Shown piece after piece: positions 9,273 to 19,698 of a DNA stretch of 57,713 bases (position 1 is its first letter; each line of letters starts with the position of its first letter). The position numbers and the translations under genes are program-made. A model generated the notes under the pieces. The model saw only the letters and a program-made list of their open reading frames with translations, ran no database searches and was not told the DNA's origin. Origin of the DNA: a virus (Duplodnaviria > Caudoviricetes); the IMG/VR virus record IMGVR_UViG_3300023184_003134, positions 1-57,713 of that record, one strand, 5' to 3'.

Positions 9273-12200
9273 TTATTTATTTTTTAATTGTGTTTCTAAA
9301 TCTTCTACTTTTTGTAATAATTCTTGCATACCTTTCCATAAAATTGATGTTACTTTTTCATAATCAATACCAGCAACTGTTTTTTCTGTATAAATTGCTT
9401 TATTATTTTTATCTGCATCATATATGACTGATTGCCAAAAGTCATTATTATGTAAATCTTCAGCAATTAAACCAAATGTTTCAACCTCATCATCTGCCCA
9501 ATTTTTATACTTAAATCTTTTAACTGGAACTTTTTTTATATTTTCTAATACACCACCTATTTTCCAATTTCCATAAATATTTTTGGTTTTACGACTTGAT
9601 GAACTTTGAAATAGTTTACCATTAGTAAGGGTATCAGCTTTTATAGTATAGTTTGTACCAGCTCCACTTGGATTTAATGCCAATCCTCTTAAATATACAT
9701 CCGATAATGCAAAAAATGGATTTGCAATTTGAGTAGTTTTACCCGCACCACCTAAATAATTGTGGCCATCGGTAATAATTGCAAATCCTTGATTTATAGC
9801 GTCACTCGCACCTGGTGTTGTAGTATTCCTAGCAATTATACCACCTACAAACTCTCCAGCTGCCACACCACTACTTACACCACTTGCATTTTCGAAAATT
9901 CTAGCATATACTGGTGTATATTGGTTTATGGTATAATCTATTGTACTATATGTCGATACGGCTACCCCTGTGTTTGAATTTGCGGTATCATTATACCCAG
10001 CTATTGATGCTCTCAAACCAAATCCACCGGTAGATATAATACCACCCATTTCAAAACCTGATTGATTTATTTCAGTAAATGGATGGAATGGTTGGCTTTG
10101 AAAAGTAGTACCAGCTCCAATTCTTACTTTATAATAATTTAAGTTATTCGGGTCCATTACTGCAAATTCTTTGTTAGTACTATCTAATCTAGTTACCGAA
10201 TCGGTTGATTTTAATCTAGTAGCTGCAAGTTCCCAACCACCAATCGCACCTGCATTAGCAGTAATTGTTCCTCCCACTGCTAATGTACCTGCACCATCGA
10301 ATGTTACATAATTACTTGCTGAATTTCCAATTGAAAATTTATATGCAGAATCATGATAACCTAAAAAGAAGCCGGTACCGGTATTATAATCTGTCTGTCC
10401 ACCTTTAATATATCCACCACCATTCATTCTAATACCACCTGACCCAATATCAATTGTGGATTCAATACCATATTTTGCCTGATTTGCCGGCGAATAGTTA
10501 CTAACATTACCTAAACCTACGGCCGAACTCGCTAATGTAAATCCACTTAATGTTAATGAGGTTGCTGTTATTGCACCGGTAATAGTTGCCGATGTTGCTG
10601 TTAATGCACCCGCCGATGTTACTTTAAATGTAGAACTTCCACCTAATGCAATTCCATCAGTACCCACATATACTCCGGCATTTGCATCGGTTAAAGTTGC
10701 TTTTCCATTTCCAATATATGAACTATTAATTGCAAAACCAGCAGCTGCTGTGCCTATATATCCCGTTGTTGCAGTTATTGCACCATTTATAGCTAATACT
10801 CCACTTGACCAACTTAATGAATCACTACCAGCTCCACTTAAAAAGAAATTACCGGTATTACTCATATAAGTTTTCCAATCACTTCCATTATAATATCCTA
10901 AGAAAGTTGAACCCAAATATAAACCTGATGTACTTACCGATGGTGTTTTATTTATTAAACCAGTTGTTGATGTGAATACCTTATTATCTACACCGGTTAT
11001 ATTACCTTGTAATGCTGATGCTGATGTATTTAAATTACCTTGTAAAACCGATGAAGATGTATTTAAATTACCTTGTAAAACCGATGAAGATGTATTTAAT
11101 CTTGTAGTTGCGGTTGTTAACGAACCACTAGCTGTACTTCCTGCATAATCTTGGGTTGCACCATTACCACCCGTAATATCAATTGCACCTGCTATTGTTA
11201 ATCCGCCTGCACCATCCCATACTAAATAATTTGAAAATGGAGTTGTAGAAGAACCAGTAAGATAAAATTTACCTTGGTTATCCATATAGGTTTTCCAAGT
11301 ACCACTACCATCATAAAATCCTAAATGCGTATTACCTAAAAACAAACCGGCTACTGATGCGGTTGGTGCTTTTACTACTCTACCATTTGCATCCGTAAAA
11401 ATTCTACCATCTAATAATGCTGTTGTTGCTGCTGTTGATGCTGATATAGATGCTGAGTATGCTAATGATGCGGCATTTGATGCTGATATAGAGGTTGCCG
11501 TAGAACCACTATTTGTAGTTATGGTAGTTGCTAAACTTCCACTATATGAACTTGCCGATAAATATGCTCTATATGCTGATGCTGATATTGATGATGAAAT
11601 TGTATTTATTTCAGTTTGTGTATATATGTTTGAGTTTGAACCTACTATATTAATAGTACCTGCTACTGTTAATCCTCCTGCACCGTCCCATACTAAATAA
11701 TTAGGAAAATGATCATTTGCTGAACCAGTAAGGTAGAATTTACCTTGATTATCCATATACGTTTTCCAATCACTACCACTATAAAATCCTAAATAGTTTG
11801 AACCCAAATATAATCCATTAGATACATTTACTCTTACATTTGGTGGTTTATTAATATTACCACTAACATCCGTAAAAATTCTACCATCTAATAAATTAGT
11901 TGTAAATGCGGTTGATGATGATATTGCTTCTGCTCTTGCCGATAAAGCACCGGAATAAAATAAAGATGATGATGCCAATGAAGCGGACCATAATGTTGCG
12001 TTATACGATGAACCGGATATTCCACTATTTAATGATGCACTTATATACAAAGATGAACTCATTAAACTAGCACTATAAGCGGCTGCTGCTGCATTTGATG
12101 CACTAATTGAAGTATATGCCGAACTACTATATGCACTTGCCGATGAATATACATCTGCTACAGATTTAGTAGTTGCTGCATTTGTTATACCACCTTCTTG

Positions 12201-14048
12201 AATATTAATTTGTCCTTGAATTTGTAATGTACCTAATGAACTTGCCCAAGCTAAAAATTGTCCATTTGAACCAGTTAGATAAAAATCACCCTGGTTATCC
12301 ATATACGTTTTCCATCCACTTGTTGATGCAGTTGCACTTGAACTATAAAATCCTAAATAGTTTGAACCTAAAAACAAACCTGTGCCACTTGCTGTTGGTG
12401 GTTGGTTTAGTTTCCCATTTTCATCTGTAAAAATAAATTTATCTAAAAATGCTGATGCAGAATAAACTTGATATAAAGATTGCGATGCTTGAGAAATTGC
12501 TGAATTACTAATTGATGCTAATGATGAACTTACTGATTGACTAAGTGTATATTGACTTCCACTAACTACATTAATAGAACTACTCAATGAACCACTTACT
12601 AATATAATAAAATTTGCAGATGATGCACTTGTTTCACTTGCTGATTTAGAAATACTACTACTTAAAGATGCACTTGTTGTTGATATTGTTCCACTTACCG
12701 ATTGTGATAATGCGGTTAATGATGCCGATGTATATAATGAACCTGATTGTAATGTATTAAAATTTGTACCACCAACAAAAACTGCACTTTGTGTTACTGC
12801 AACCGGTACATAGTTATTGTTTACATCATAAAATTCAAACTTAAAATTAAATGTTTCATTTGTCAATACAGTTGGCATTGATGTAACAAAACTAATTTCA
12901 TTTGGAGAAAATGCCGTATCTTGTGAAACATTTAAACCTATATTACCAACATGCCATTTACCAATTGATTGTGATAAATATAAACTTGCGGTTGGATAAT
13001 CAAATGGTATAGTGAATGGGAATGTTTGTATTCCAAATTTTTTAGTAGGTGTTAAACCATTTAATATTGCAATTGTTGTAGTTGATGTATATGCTTGACC
13101 TAATGTAGATTGAGTTGGGTAACTTAAATATATACCCAAATTATCTGCAGTAGAACCGGTAAAAAAACTATCTAATTGTAATTCATATGTATTTGAACTA
13201 AGTAAATTTAATGATGCAGAATAAGTAAGGGTCCCACTACCTGTTAATTGTAATCCATTTTCAATATAAGTAGCATCTAATGTCGCATTTAATGAACCGG
13301 TAAGCCATAATTTAGAAAGAGAATCATTTGTAAATAATCCACCATCACCAACTACACTTCCACTTAATTCATATGTGGTTAAAAGATTTTTTGATTCTAC
13401 TAATATATCTTGTATTAAATCATAATCAGATATATCACCTTGTGCGGTTCTATATACTTTTATTCTTTTTACATCACCCGCAAATGTTTCTAATTGATTT
13501 ACTTTAATTGATGCAAATGAACCTTGTATTAATGAAGCTGTTTTACTACCACTTACTATTGTATATAATGGTTCTACTATTTCTGTAATTGAAACTAGTG
13601 GTCTTTTATAAAATCTTACTCTTGTTGTATTGGCTAATGCAGGATTTATGTTAACTTGCTTAGTCCACTTTACACTATATAAACCATTCCATTCTTGTGG
13701 TACATCTTTTAATTGACCTAATATTGTAATTGTTGCCGGGCCAAATGAGGTTATAGTAGGATATACATAAACTGCTGCTACTTTAGAATTACCTTCATAA
13801 TATTCGGGTGAACCATTTGAGTATTCTACATAACATACATTACCTGCTGCATCTCTAATTTGAATTTTGATTTCAGTATTAGCTAATAGTTTATCCGAAC
13901 CCGCTATTAGGAATGCGTTTTTACCTCCCGTAAAAGTATCAGGTAGTTCACTTATATTAAAATAATCTGAATTTAAATTAGTATCTGTAATGTAGGTTTG
14001 TACTAATTCTAACTTTTCATCGGGTGCAACTTTTATATCAACGGCCAT
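9273..14048 (-). CDS. Long tail fibre/receptor-binding protein with C-terminal intramolecular chaperone (peptidase S74)
   Basis: 1591 aa, Ser/Gly/Ala/Thr-rich with internal repeats; SSSRKTKNI, FGLIAEDL, IDYEK and a terminal coiled coil. Confidence 0.85.
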   Translation of the reverse strand: MAVDIKVAPDEKLELVQTYITDTNLNSDYFNISELPDTFTGGKNAFLIAGSDKLLANTEIKIQIRDAAGNVCYVEYSNGSPEYYEGNSKVAAVYVYPTITSFGPATITILGQLKDVPQEWNGLYSVKWTKQVNINPALANTTRVRFYKRPLVSITEIVEPLYTIVSGSKTASLIQGSFASIKVNQLETFAGDVKRIKVYRTAQGDISDYDLIQDILVESKNLLTTYELSGSVVGDGGLFTNDSLSKLWLTGSLNATLDATYIENGLQLTGSGTLTYSASLNLLSSNTYELQLDSFFTGSTADNLGIYLSYPTQSTLGQAYTSTTTIAILNGLTPTKKFGIQTFPFTIPFDYPTASLYLSQSIGKWHVGNIGLNVSQDTAFSPNEISFVTSMPTVLTNETFNFKFEFYDVNNNYVPVAVTQSAVFVGGTNFNTLQSGSLYTSASLTALSQSVSGTISTTSASLSSSISKSASETSASSANFIILVSGSLSSSINVVSGSQYTLSQSVSSSLASISNSAISQASQSLYQVYSASAFLDKFIFTDENGKLNQPPTASGTGLFLGSNYLGFYSSSATASTSGWKTYMDNQGDFYLTGSNGQFLAWASSLGTLQIQGQINIQEGGITNAATTKSVADVYSSASAYSSSAYTSISASNAAAAAYSASLMSSSLYISASLNSGISGSSYNATLWSASLASSSLFYSGALSARAEAISSSTAFTTNLLDGRIFTDVSGNINKPPNVRVNVSNGLYLGSNYLGFYSGSDWKTYMDNQGKFYLTGSANDHFPNYLVWDGAGGLTVAGTINIVGSNSNIYTQTEINTISSSISASAYRAYLSASSYSGSLATTITTNSGSTATSISASNAASLAYSASISASTAATTALLDGRIFTDANGRVVKAPTASVAGLFLGNTHLGFYDGSGTWKTYMDNQGKFYLTGSSTTPFSNYLVWDGAGGLTIAGAIDITGGNGATQDYAGSTASGSLTTATTRLNTSSSVLQGNLNTSSSVLQGNLNTSASALQGNITGVDNKVFTSTTGLINKTPSVSTSGLYLGSTFLGYYNGSDWKTYMSNTGNFFLSGAGSDSLSWSSGVLAINGAITATTGYIGTAAAGFAINSSYIGNGKATLTDANAGVYVGTDGIALGGSSTFKVTSAGALTATSATITGAITATSLTLSGFTLASSAVGLGNVSNYSPANQAKYGIESTIDIGSGGIRMNGGGYIKGGQTDYNTGTGFFLGYHDSAYKFSIGNSASNYVTFDGAGTLAVGGTITANAGAIGGWELAATRLKSTDSVTRLDSTNKEFAVMDPNNLNYYKVRIGAGTTFQSQPFHPFTEINQSGFEMGGIISTGGFGLRASIAGYNDTANSNTGVAVSTYSTIDYTINQYTPVYARIFENASGVSSGVAAGEFVGGIIARNTTTPGASDAINQGFAIITDGHNYLGGAGKTTQIANPFFALSDVYLRGLALNPSGAGTNYTIKADTLTNGKLFQSSSSRKTKNIYGNWKIGGVLENIKKVPVKRFKYKNWADDEVETFGLIAEDLHNNDFWQSVIYDADKNNKAIYTEKTVAGIDYEKVTSILWKGMQELLQKVEDLETQLKNK
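10790..12430 (-). repeat. Four dispersed protein repeats (GL[FY]LG..[YHF]LG[FY]Y...WKTYM[DS]N[QT]G.F[YF]L.G) in the tail fibre
   Basis: WKTYM units near 12300, 11760, 11285 and 10865, separated by Ser/Ala-rich spacers. Confidence 0.9.
11001..11099. repeat. 3 x 33-bp tandem repeat, in frame (11 aa, LNTSSSVLQGN)
   Basis: 11034-11066 and 11067-11099 are identical (attaccttgtaaaaccgatgaagatgtatttaa); 11001-11033 is a diverged copy. Confidence 0.95.
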
Positions 14049-14065
14049 TATAGAATATTCTTTTT

Positions 14066-14074
14066 TATAAATAT
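14066..14074 (-). promoter_or_regulatory. Putative phage late promoter motif ATATTTATA
   Basis: Recurrent motif shortly upstream of start codons; here before the tail fibre. Confidence 0.6.
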
Positions 14075-14079
14075 TCTAT

Positions 14080-14721
14080 TTATTTATTATTATATATAAA
14101 TGAAGTTAAAATAGCGAATCGTTTAAAGTTATCATCTAAAACTTCGGTTACTTCATGCATTGGATTTGCTGTTGTAAAATCTAATACTGCTAATGTACCA
14201 AACTCTGGTTTAATTACTATATTACCATTTATAACTAATTCGCCACCATATCCATCTTTATAATCTTCGTTTAAATAAAGTAAAATATTACATATCTTAT
14301 AAGGACTTAATCCGTCTTGATGTTTATTAATATAACATTGTTTATTATACATTGTATATGTTAAATGACAAGAATCTAAATTATATAATTCAGACGGATA
14401 ACATTGTTTAAGTAAATCTCTAAAAATTTCATCGTTTAAATATTCTATATCATAAACGGATAAATATTTATTTAAATTTTGTTCTGCGTACCAAAATTGC
14501 CATTTCTTTAATGGTGCATATTCTTTTTTTAATTCTTCTAATATTTCAAAATCAGTGTCATGTGTATATCCCGTTTCTCCACATGTAGTATGTGTTGCAT
14601 CTCTAAATTCTATATCTTTTATTTTACTAAAAATTTGTTTTAGTTTTTCAGTTATAGTAGGATTTATTGTTGTTGTATAATATCCTTTACTTGTTAATTG
14701 ATTGTGTATTTTTTCATTCAT
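14080..14721 (-). CDS. 2OG-Fe(II) oxygenase (prolyl hydroxylase-like)
   Basis: KHQD, YLN...GGEL, HEV, R. Confidence 0.85.
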   Translation of the reverse strand: MNEKIHNQLTSKGYYTTTINPTITEKLKQIFSKIKDIEFRDATHTTCGETGYTHDTDFEILEELKKEYAPLKKWQFWYAEQNLNKYLSVYDIEYLNDEIFRDLLKQCYPSELYNLDSCHLTYTMYNKQCYINKHQDGLSPYKICNILLYLNEDYKDGYGGELVINGNIVIKPEFGTLAVLDFTTANPMHEVTEVLDDNFKRFAILTSFIYNNK

Positions 14722-14733
14722 ATAAATAAATAT

Positions 14734-17700
14734 TTATTTATATTGAATTTGAGAAAATCCATCTACTTTTTTAATCTCAACCAATGTATCTACAATATCT
14801 CGCATTGCATCCAAGTGAGAAATAATATTAATAAAATCAAATTGTGTTTTAAGGTAATCAAACATCATAAAGATAGATTGTAAATTATCACTATCTAATG
14901 TACCAAATCCTTCATCAATAACTAAAAAGTTTGGACGAGGTAAGTTACATACATTGATAAGTGCAACTCTAATAGCAAGTCCACTAACGAACTTCTCCAT
15001 ACCACTACACATCTCTAGCGGCCAATGTTGGTCCTCATAAACAATCCTAGCGTTCACATTCTTACCACTCATATCAAATACGATACCAAACTCTACAATT
15101 TGCTGTAAGATGTTATTAACCTCGCCTTCTATCACCGGTAGAGCCTTTGCAATTAATTCATATGAAACACCATCTCTCTTTACTGCATCTAAGTAGTATT
15201 CATAAATTTGGAATTTTTCTTCTAAATCTTTTGCTTCTGTCATCTTATCGGTAACTGATGTAATATAAGATTGTGTTTGAACTATTTGTCCATTCATATC
15301 TAACAATCTTGCTGCTATCTCTCTTAGGTCTTTACTAACTCCCGCTAACTCTTGTTTCTTAATATCAATTTGTTCCTCTAAAGAATCATTGTTTTGAATA
15401 GTAGTTTCGTTTGCGTGATATTTTTCTATATCCAATTCTACCGCTGTTAATTGTGCCTCATACAATTCTTTTTGAGTAAGTAATCCACTCAATTCTAATG
15501 TTCTAGTTTTATAAAGTGTTTTGCCTTTTTCTAATTTAGATTTTAAATCATTCCATTGCACATATTGTTCTTCAATACCTTCCCATGAATCTAACGTTTG
15601 TTGAATACCTGTACATTGGATAGTTGCCTGTTTAACTTCTTCTTTCAATTGAGGTAACAATTCTTTTACTCTCATTGCATCTTTTACAAAAGTATTATCA
15701 CAACAAAACTTACAATTTGGGTCATATTTATGATTATCCAATCGTTCAATCGTTTCTTCTGCAGAACTCAAATGTAATTTTGCAATATCATAAATTTTTG
15801 TAGCTTCGATTAAACTTGTTTGTTCTCGTTGATAATTAGAATATACAACTTCTATATCAATATCATTAAATTGTTGTTTACTTAATATTGCGTTTGTTAA
15901 ATCATCTATTGCATCTGTTATCTTAACACAATGTGTTGCTTTAGAATCTGCATCTACAATTGAACCTGTGATTTGAGATTGTAACGTTGATTGTTTACTT
16001 TCTAAATCATCAATATCTAAGTTACCATCAATAGGAACTAATTGAGTGGATAGATTAGTTATTTCTTCATTCAAATCATCTTGTCTATCTTCGTAACCTT
16101 CTTTCTCAATTTCAAATTCTTCATACTCATCCTTTAATATTTCCAATTTATTTTCAGCGGTTGCTAATTCAGATGTAAAATCCGTTCTCTTAAAGTTTCT
16201 TAATAAGACTTGAACTTCTTTAATATCTTCACTCGCTAAATCATATAACTTATCGAATACATTAATACCCATAAATTGAGCTAATAAATCTTTTCTTTCT
16301 GATTGTGATTTATCAATGAATAACGAATTGTTTCCTTGTAAAGATAACGCAGTTAATACAAAATCTTCATACTTTCCTAAATAAGATTCAATTACTTTAT
16401 CCGTTCCTCTACGCTCATCACCATTTAAGTTTACTATTTCACCACCCTCTATTTTCCAAAAGTTTACATCACACTTAACCGCATCACCCTTCTTTGTAGT
16501 TTTAGCAGTTCTCTCAATGAAAAATCTCTCATCATTAATATCAAACTCTAACTTACAACTAAATGATGTTTTACGATTGTTTAGAATGTTAGCTGCCTTA
16601 AATGCTCTACTACTCTTATCAAATATACAAAATGAAAGAGCATCGAATAGAGAGGATTTACCACTAGCGTTTGGAGCGAACACACCCATTAACCCTTTCA
16701 TATTCTCAAAGTTAACGATATTATCCTCACCATAAGAGAACATATTATCAAACTCAAAACGAATTGGTTTCCAAGCTATGTTCTTAACTAAATCATCATC
16801 GTTTAATCGTTTGTTTAGTTTATTGTTCAAATCCTCAATCTTACCTAATGTTTCATTATCCAACATATAGTTTCTACCTAAGTAATCTTTAATAAGACCG
16901 GCTTGGTATTGAGGGTCATTCACATTACCTACATTCACCTTACCATCTTTGTTACCCGTCCTTAAACGAGCTAAAGTGTCGGTACGAGTAATAGTGAACT
17001 CATCTACTTTATATTTCTTTTTAATCTCCGTAGTAACTCTCTTAATATCTGCTGCATCGGTTTTAGATACAAACACTCTAAGACGAGGTTTCACAGGCAT
17101 ATCGGTTACATCAGGTACAATACCATTCTCAACGTGCAAAGTATAATAACCATAATCATTTTGAACATCTACATATTCAACTGATAAATCATCCATATTC
17201 CAAATAGCATAACCATGTTTATCTAATGCCTCACCATGATTCTGTTGTATTAAAGAACCTGGATAAACTACCTTACAACCTTTTGGAGAAATCATAGTTT
17301 GTCTTCTATGTATATCACCTAATAGGGCTAAATCATATCCATCAAACATTTCTGATGTAAAATGACGAGAGGAAATTGTATAACCAACATCCGTAGTTGC
17401 ATCTAATACAGGTCCATGAAATAATGCAATATTTTTAGTATCTGATGTTAATGGTTCAAACACCCAATTCTCTTTATCATCAAATATAGAGAACGTATCA
17501 AATCTTACACCCCCATAGGTATAACTTTGAGTATTTCTTAAATAAGTTAAATTAGGTAAATCTAATGCTTCTACAATTGGAGTTAATACATCCAATCTAC
17601 CCGCATTATTTAAGTTACAATCGTGGTTTCCAGCTATTAATATGGTAGGACATAATTCACAACACTTCTTAAGAAAATAATTTATTTCATTAAGAAGCTC

Positions 17701-17880
17701 CGGTGACATTTCTAATTTTGCGTGAGCTAAGTCTCCCGCTAAATAAATAAGAGAGTCATCAACTCCCTTACTTTTTATATCATCAAACAATCTATCAAAT
17801 ACCTCTCTATATTCCTGGTGTCTTTTTAGATTTCTAATGTGAATGTCCGCAATGTGATAAATTTTCTTTAATTTACTCAT
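14734..17880 (-). CDS. Fused SbcD/Mre11 nuclease and SbcC/Rad50 ATPase (T4 gp47+gp46-like)
   Basis: ADIH, AGD, GNHD, FHG, GDIH phosphoesterase motifs; Walker A NASGKSS; coiled coil with CKFC hook; CSGME signature; Walker B/D-loop VIDEGFGTLD; ISH. Confidence 0.93.
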   Translation of the reverse strand: MSKLKKIYHIADIHIRNLKRHQEYREVFDRLFDDIKSKGVDDSLIYLAGDLAHAKLEMSPELLNEINYFLKKCCELCPTILIAGNHDCNLNNAGRLDVLTPIVEALDLPNLTYLRNTQSYTYGGVRFDTFSIFDDKENWVFEPLTSDTKNIALFHGPVLDATTDVGYTISSRHFTSEMFDGYDLALLGDIHRRQTMISPKGCKVVYPGSLIQQNHGEALDKHGYAIWNMDDLSVEYVDVQNDYGYYTLHVENGIVPDVTDMPVKPRLRVFVSKTDAADIKRVTTEIKKKYKVDEFTITRTDTLARLRTGNKDGKVNVGNVNDPQYQAGLIKDYLGRNYMLDNETLGKIEDLNNKLNKRLNDDDLVKNIAWKPIRFEFDNMFSYGEDNIVNFENMKGLMGVFAPNASGKSSLFDALSFCIFDKSSRAFKAANILNNRKTSFSCKLEFDINDERFFIERTAKTTKKGDAVKCDVNFWKIEGGEIVNLNGDERRGTDKVIESYLGKYEDFVLTALSLQGNNSLFIDKSQSERKDLLAQFMGINVFDKLYDLASEDIKEVQVLLRNFKRTDFTSELATAENKLEILKDEYEEFEIEKEGYEDRQDDLNEEITNLSTQLVPIDGNLDIDDLESKQSTLQSQITGSIVDADSKATHCVKITDAIDDLTNAILSKQQFNDIDIEVVYSNYQREQTSLIEATKIYDIAKLHLSSAEETIERLDNHKYDPNCKFCCDNTFVKDAMRVKELLPQLKEEVKQATIQCTGIQQTLDSWEGIEEQYVQWNDLKSKLEKGKTLYKTRTLELSGLLTQKELYEAQLTAVELDIEKYHANETTIQNNDSLEEQIDIKKQELAGVSKDLREIAARLLDMNGQIVQTQSYITSVTDKMTEAKDLEEKFQIYEYYLDAVKRDGVSYELIAKALPVIEGEVNNILQQIVEFGIVFDMSGKNVNARIVYEDQHWPLEMCSGMEKFVSGLAIRVALINVCNLPRPNFLVIDEGFGTLDSDNLQSIFMMFDYLKTQFDFINIISHLDAMRDIVDTLVEIKKVDGFSQIQYK

Positions 17881-17883
17881 ATT

Positions 17884-18885
17884 TTATTTTAATATACTAC
17901 TACTGAAATTAGATAGCTTTTCTTTTAATACGCTTTCCCAACTTAAAGTTACGGAATTTTTCTGATATTTCAAAATATTTTGGAAGTTATTTTCGCCCGC
18001 ATCCTTACCATCTAACTTAATGTTCCTCACCACCTTTACATATGATTTAATTTTGTTATATAATACCAATGCATCCTCTTGAGCATCGGAATCTAAACAA
18101 ATATAGACCTCAGGATTGGTATTCTTTATAGCCCCCATTAGTGTATTTTGAACGAATTTACCTAATAATGGAATAGCATTTCTTTTTAGAGCAATTGCAT
18201 CAAATACACCCTCACATAAAGTAATAGGTTGTTTCCAATTGATTTGATTAGAAAATACTATAACATCTTTAGATACAGGAGGATTTTTATATTTTTGCTT
18301 CTCGTCAGGAAAGATGCTTCTTGCTATGAAATAATTCAATTGATTTCTACTATCATACGATGGAACGATAATTCTACCACCATATAATCCTTTTGGACAA
18401 AATCCTATGTTATACCTAATAATATGTTTTTTAGTAATACCCCTTTGTTTAAGGTATGCAATTGCGTTTCTTTCTAATGGATTTGATATACTACTCGATA
18501 ATTCTAATGCTGATTTAAACTCGGGTGGTAAAAATAATTGTGATGTATTTTCGGTTTCTTGTTCTCCCGCTTCTGCTGTAATGTTATCTAATAATTCTTT
18601 AATAGAACCACCCCAATCATCTTTTAGTTTCTTTCTTATTTCTGCACTAATACCACAACTTCCTATTAAATCATTTATATCTAAATCATTCATCCCAATT
18701 CTCTTACCTAAATAAATAAGATTACCACCAGCATTACAAGTCCAACAATGAAATTTAAAAGTCTTATCGTTTATTTGTAGTTTTGGTTTGGCGTGATGGC
18801 AGAAAGGACAATGATATGCATACTCATTTTTCTTTAGAGGTTTACTTGGTCCTATGTATTTATCAAAAAGTTGTATTATCTCCAT
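17884..18885 (-). CDS. DNA primase (Zn finger + Toprim)
   Basis: CPFC...CWTC, YLKQRG, KYKNP, CEGVFDA, LDSDA. Confidence 0.9.
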   Translation of the reverse strand: MEIIQLFDKYIGPSKPLKKNEYAYHCPFCHHAKPKLQINDKTFKFHCWTCNAGGNLIYLGKRIGMNDLDINDLIGSCGISAEIRKKLKDDWGGSIKELLDNITAEAGEQETENTSQLFLPPEFKSALELSSSISNPLERNAIAYLKQRGITKKHIIRYNIGFCPKGLYGGRIIVPSYDSRNQLNYFIARSIFPDEKQKYKNPPVSKDVIVFSNQINWKQPITLCEGVFDAIALKRNAIPLLGKFVQNTLMGAIKNTNPEVYICLDSDAQEDALVLYNKIKSYVKVVRNIKLDGKDAGENNFQNILKYQKNSVTLSWESVLKEKLSNFSSSILK

Positions 18886-18889
18886 ATAT

Positions 18890-18921
18890 CAAAGATATGG
18901 AAAATAGTTTAAATTACCAAA
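18890..18921 (-). promoter_or_regulatory. Bacteroidota primary-sigma promoter
   Basis: Minus strand TTTG-N20-TATCTTTG matches the -33/-7 consensus and ends 4 nt before the primase ATG. Confidence 0.75.
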
Positions 18922-19329
18922 TTATTCTGAGAACCATTCTTCGGGTATCAGTTTATCGGCATACTTAAATCCATACTTATCACACCAATCTGCGTAAGTT
19001 GTTTTGGATTTTTTATTGATTTTGTTCTTTGAACTGGTAAATACGAAACGAATATCTATTGTAGGATTTTGTTCTTTAACTAATAGATGTTTTTTTCTAT
19101 CGGCTAATACAAACCTACCTTTTGTTTCTACCCTAATGTTATTAGGTAATTTAAAATCTGGACTATATGTGTGAGGTGATGAAGGTATAATATAATTAAC
19201 CTTTTCGGTTTCATATTCTACTTTAATACCCATTGATTCGATTTGTTGGGAAACCATATCTTCTAATCCACTTTTATAACCATTCTTCTTTGCTACCCAA
19301 CCTTTTTTTGTAACATTTTTTTTACTCAT
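18922..19329 (-). CDS. T7 endonuclease I-like Holliday junction resolvase
   Basis: YKSGLE, YSPDF, VETKGRF, DRKKH, IRFVF, TTYADWC. Confidence 0.92.
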   Translation of the reverse strand: MSKKNVTKKGWVAKKNGYKSGLEDMVSQQIESMGIKVEYETEKVNYIIPSSPHTYSPDFKLPNNIRVETKGRFVLADRKKHLLVKEQNPTIDIRFVFTSSKNKINKKSKTTYADWCDKYGFKYADKLIPEEWFSE

Positions 19330-19664
19330 TATCCGTTTGGATTTGTCAATGCCCCACCATTAAATAGTTTAGTAGGATTATATCCGGTTACTTTTGTTGT
19401 ACCAACATAATAATCATTATTTATATCTAATGGATTAAAATCTTTTACAACTATTTCGTTTTTACTATCTAACATATTAAAATCAGACTTGTTTTTATCT
19501 GCGGCTGTTCTATTTGCAACAAATCCAGTTGCCGCATCGGCTTTTGTGGTTAATGTAAATTGTTGTGGAGTTATACCTTTGATAACATCCGTAGTCGCTG
19601 GTGTTTTTCCACCGGCTTTTGTATAATTTTGTGTACTATTGTTGTATAAATCTAATATTCCCAT
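19329..19664 (-). CDS. Hypothetical (possibly virion) protein
   Basis: 111-aa ORF preceded by the ATATTTATA motif. Confidence 0.65.
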   Translation of the reverse strand: MGILDLYNNSTQNYTKAGGKTPATTDVIKGITPQQFTLTTKADAATGFVANRTAADKNKSDFNMLDSKNEIVVKDFNPLDINNDYYVGTTKVTGYNPTKLFNGGALTNPNG

Positions 19665-19686
19665 TTTAAAATTCCTTTTTGTTTAA

Positions 19687-19695
19687 TATAAATAT
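19687..19695 (-). promoter_or_regulatory. Putative late promoter ATATTTATA
   Basis: Recurrent motif. Confidence 0.55.
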
Positions 19696-19698
19696 ATG

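Noticed and set aside
11001-11099. CRISPR array
   Set aside because: Repeats are contiguous with no spacers, in frame within a CDS, and no cas genes are present.
10790-12430. Diversity-generating retroelement TR/VR pair
   Set aside because: No reverse transcriptase in the window; repeats are intragenic and their differences are not confined to adenines.
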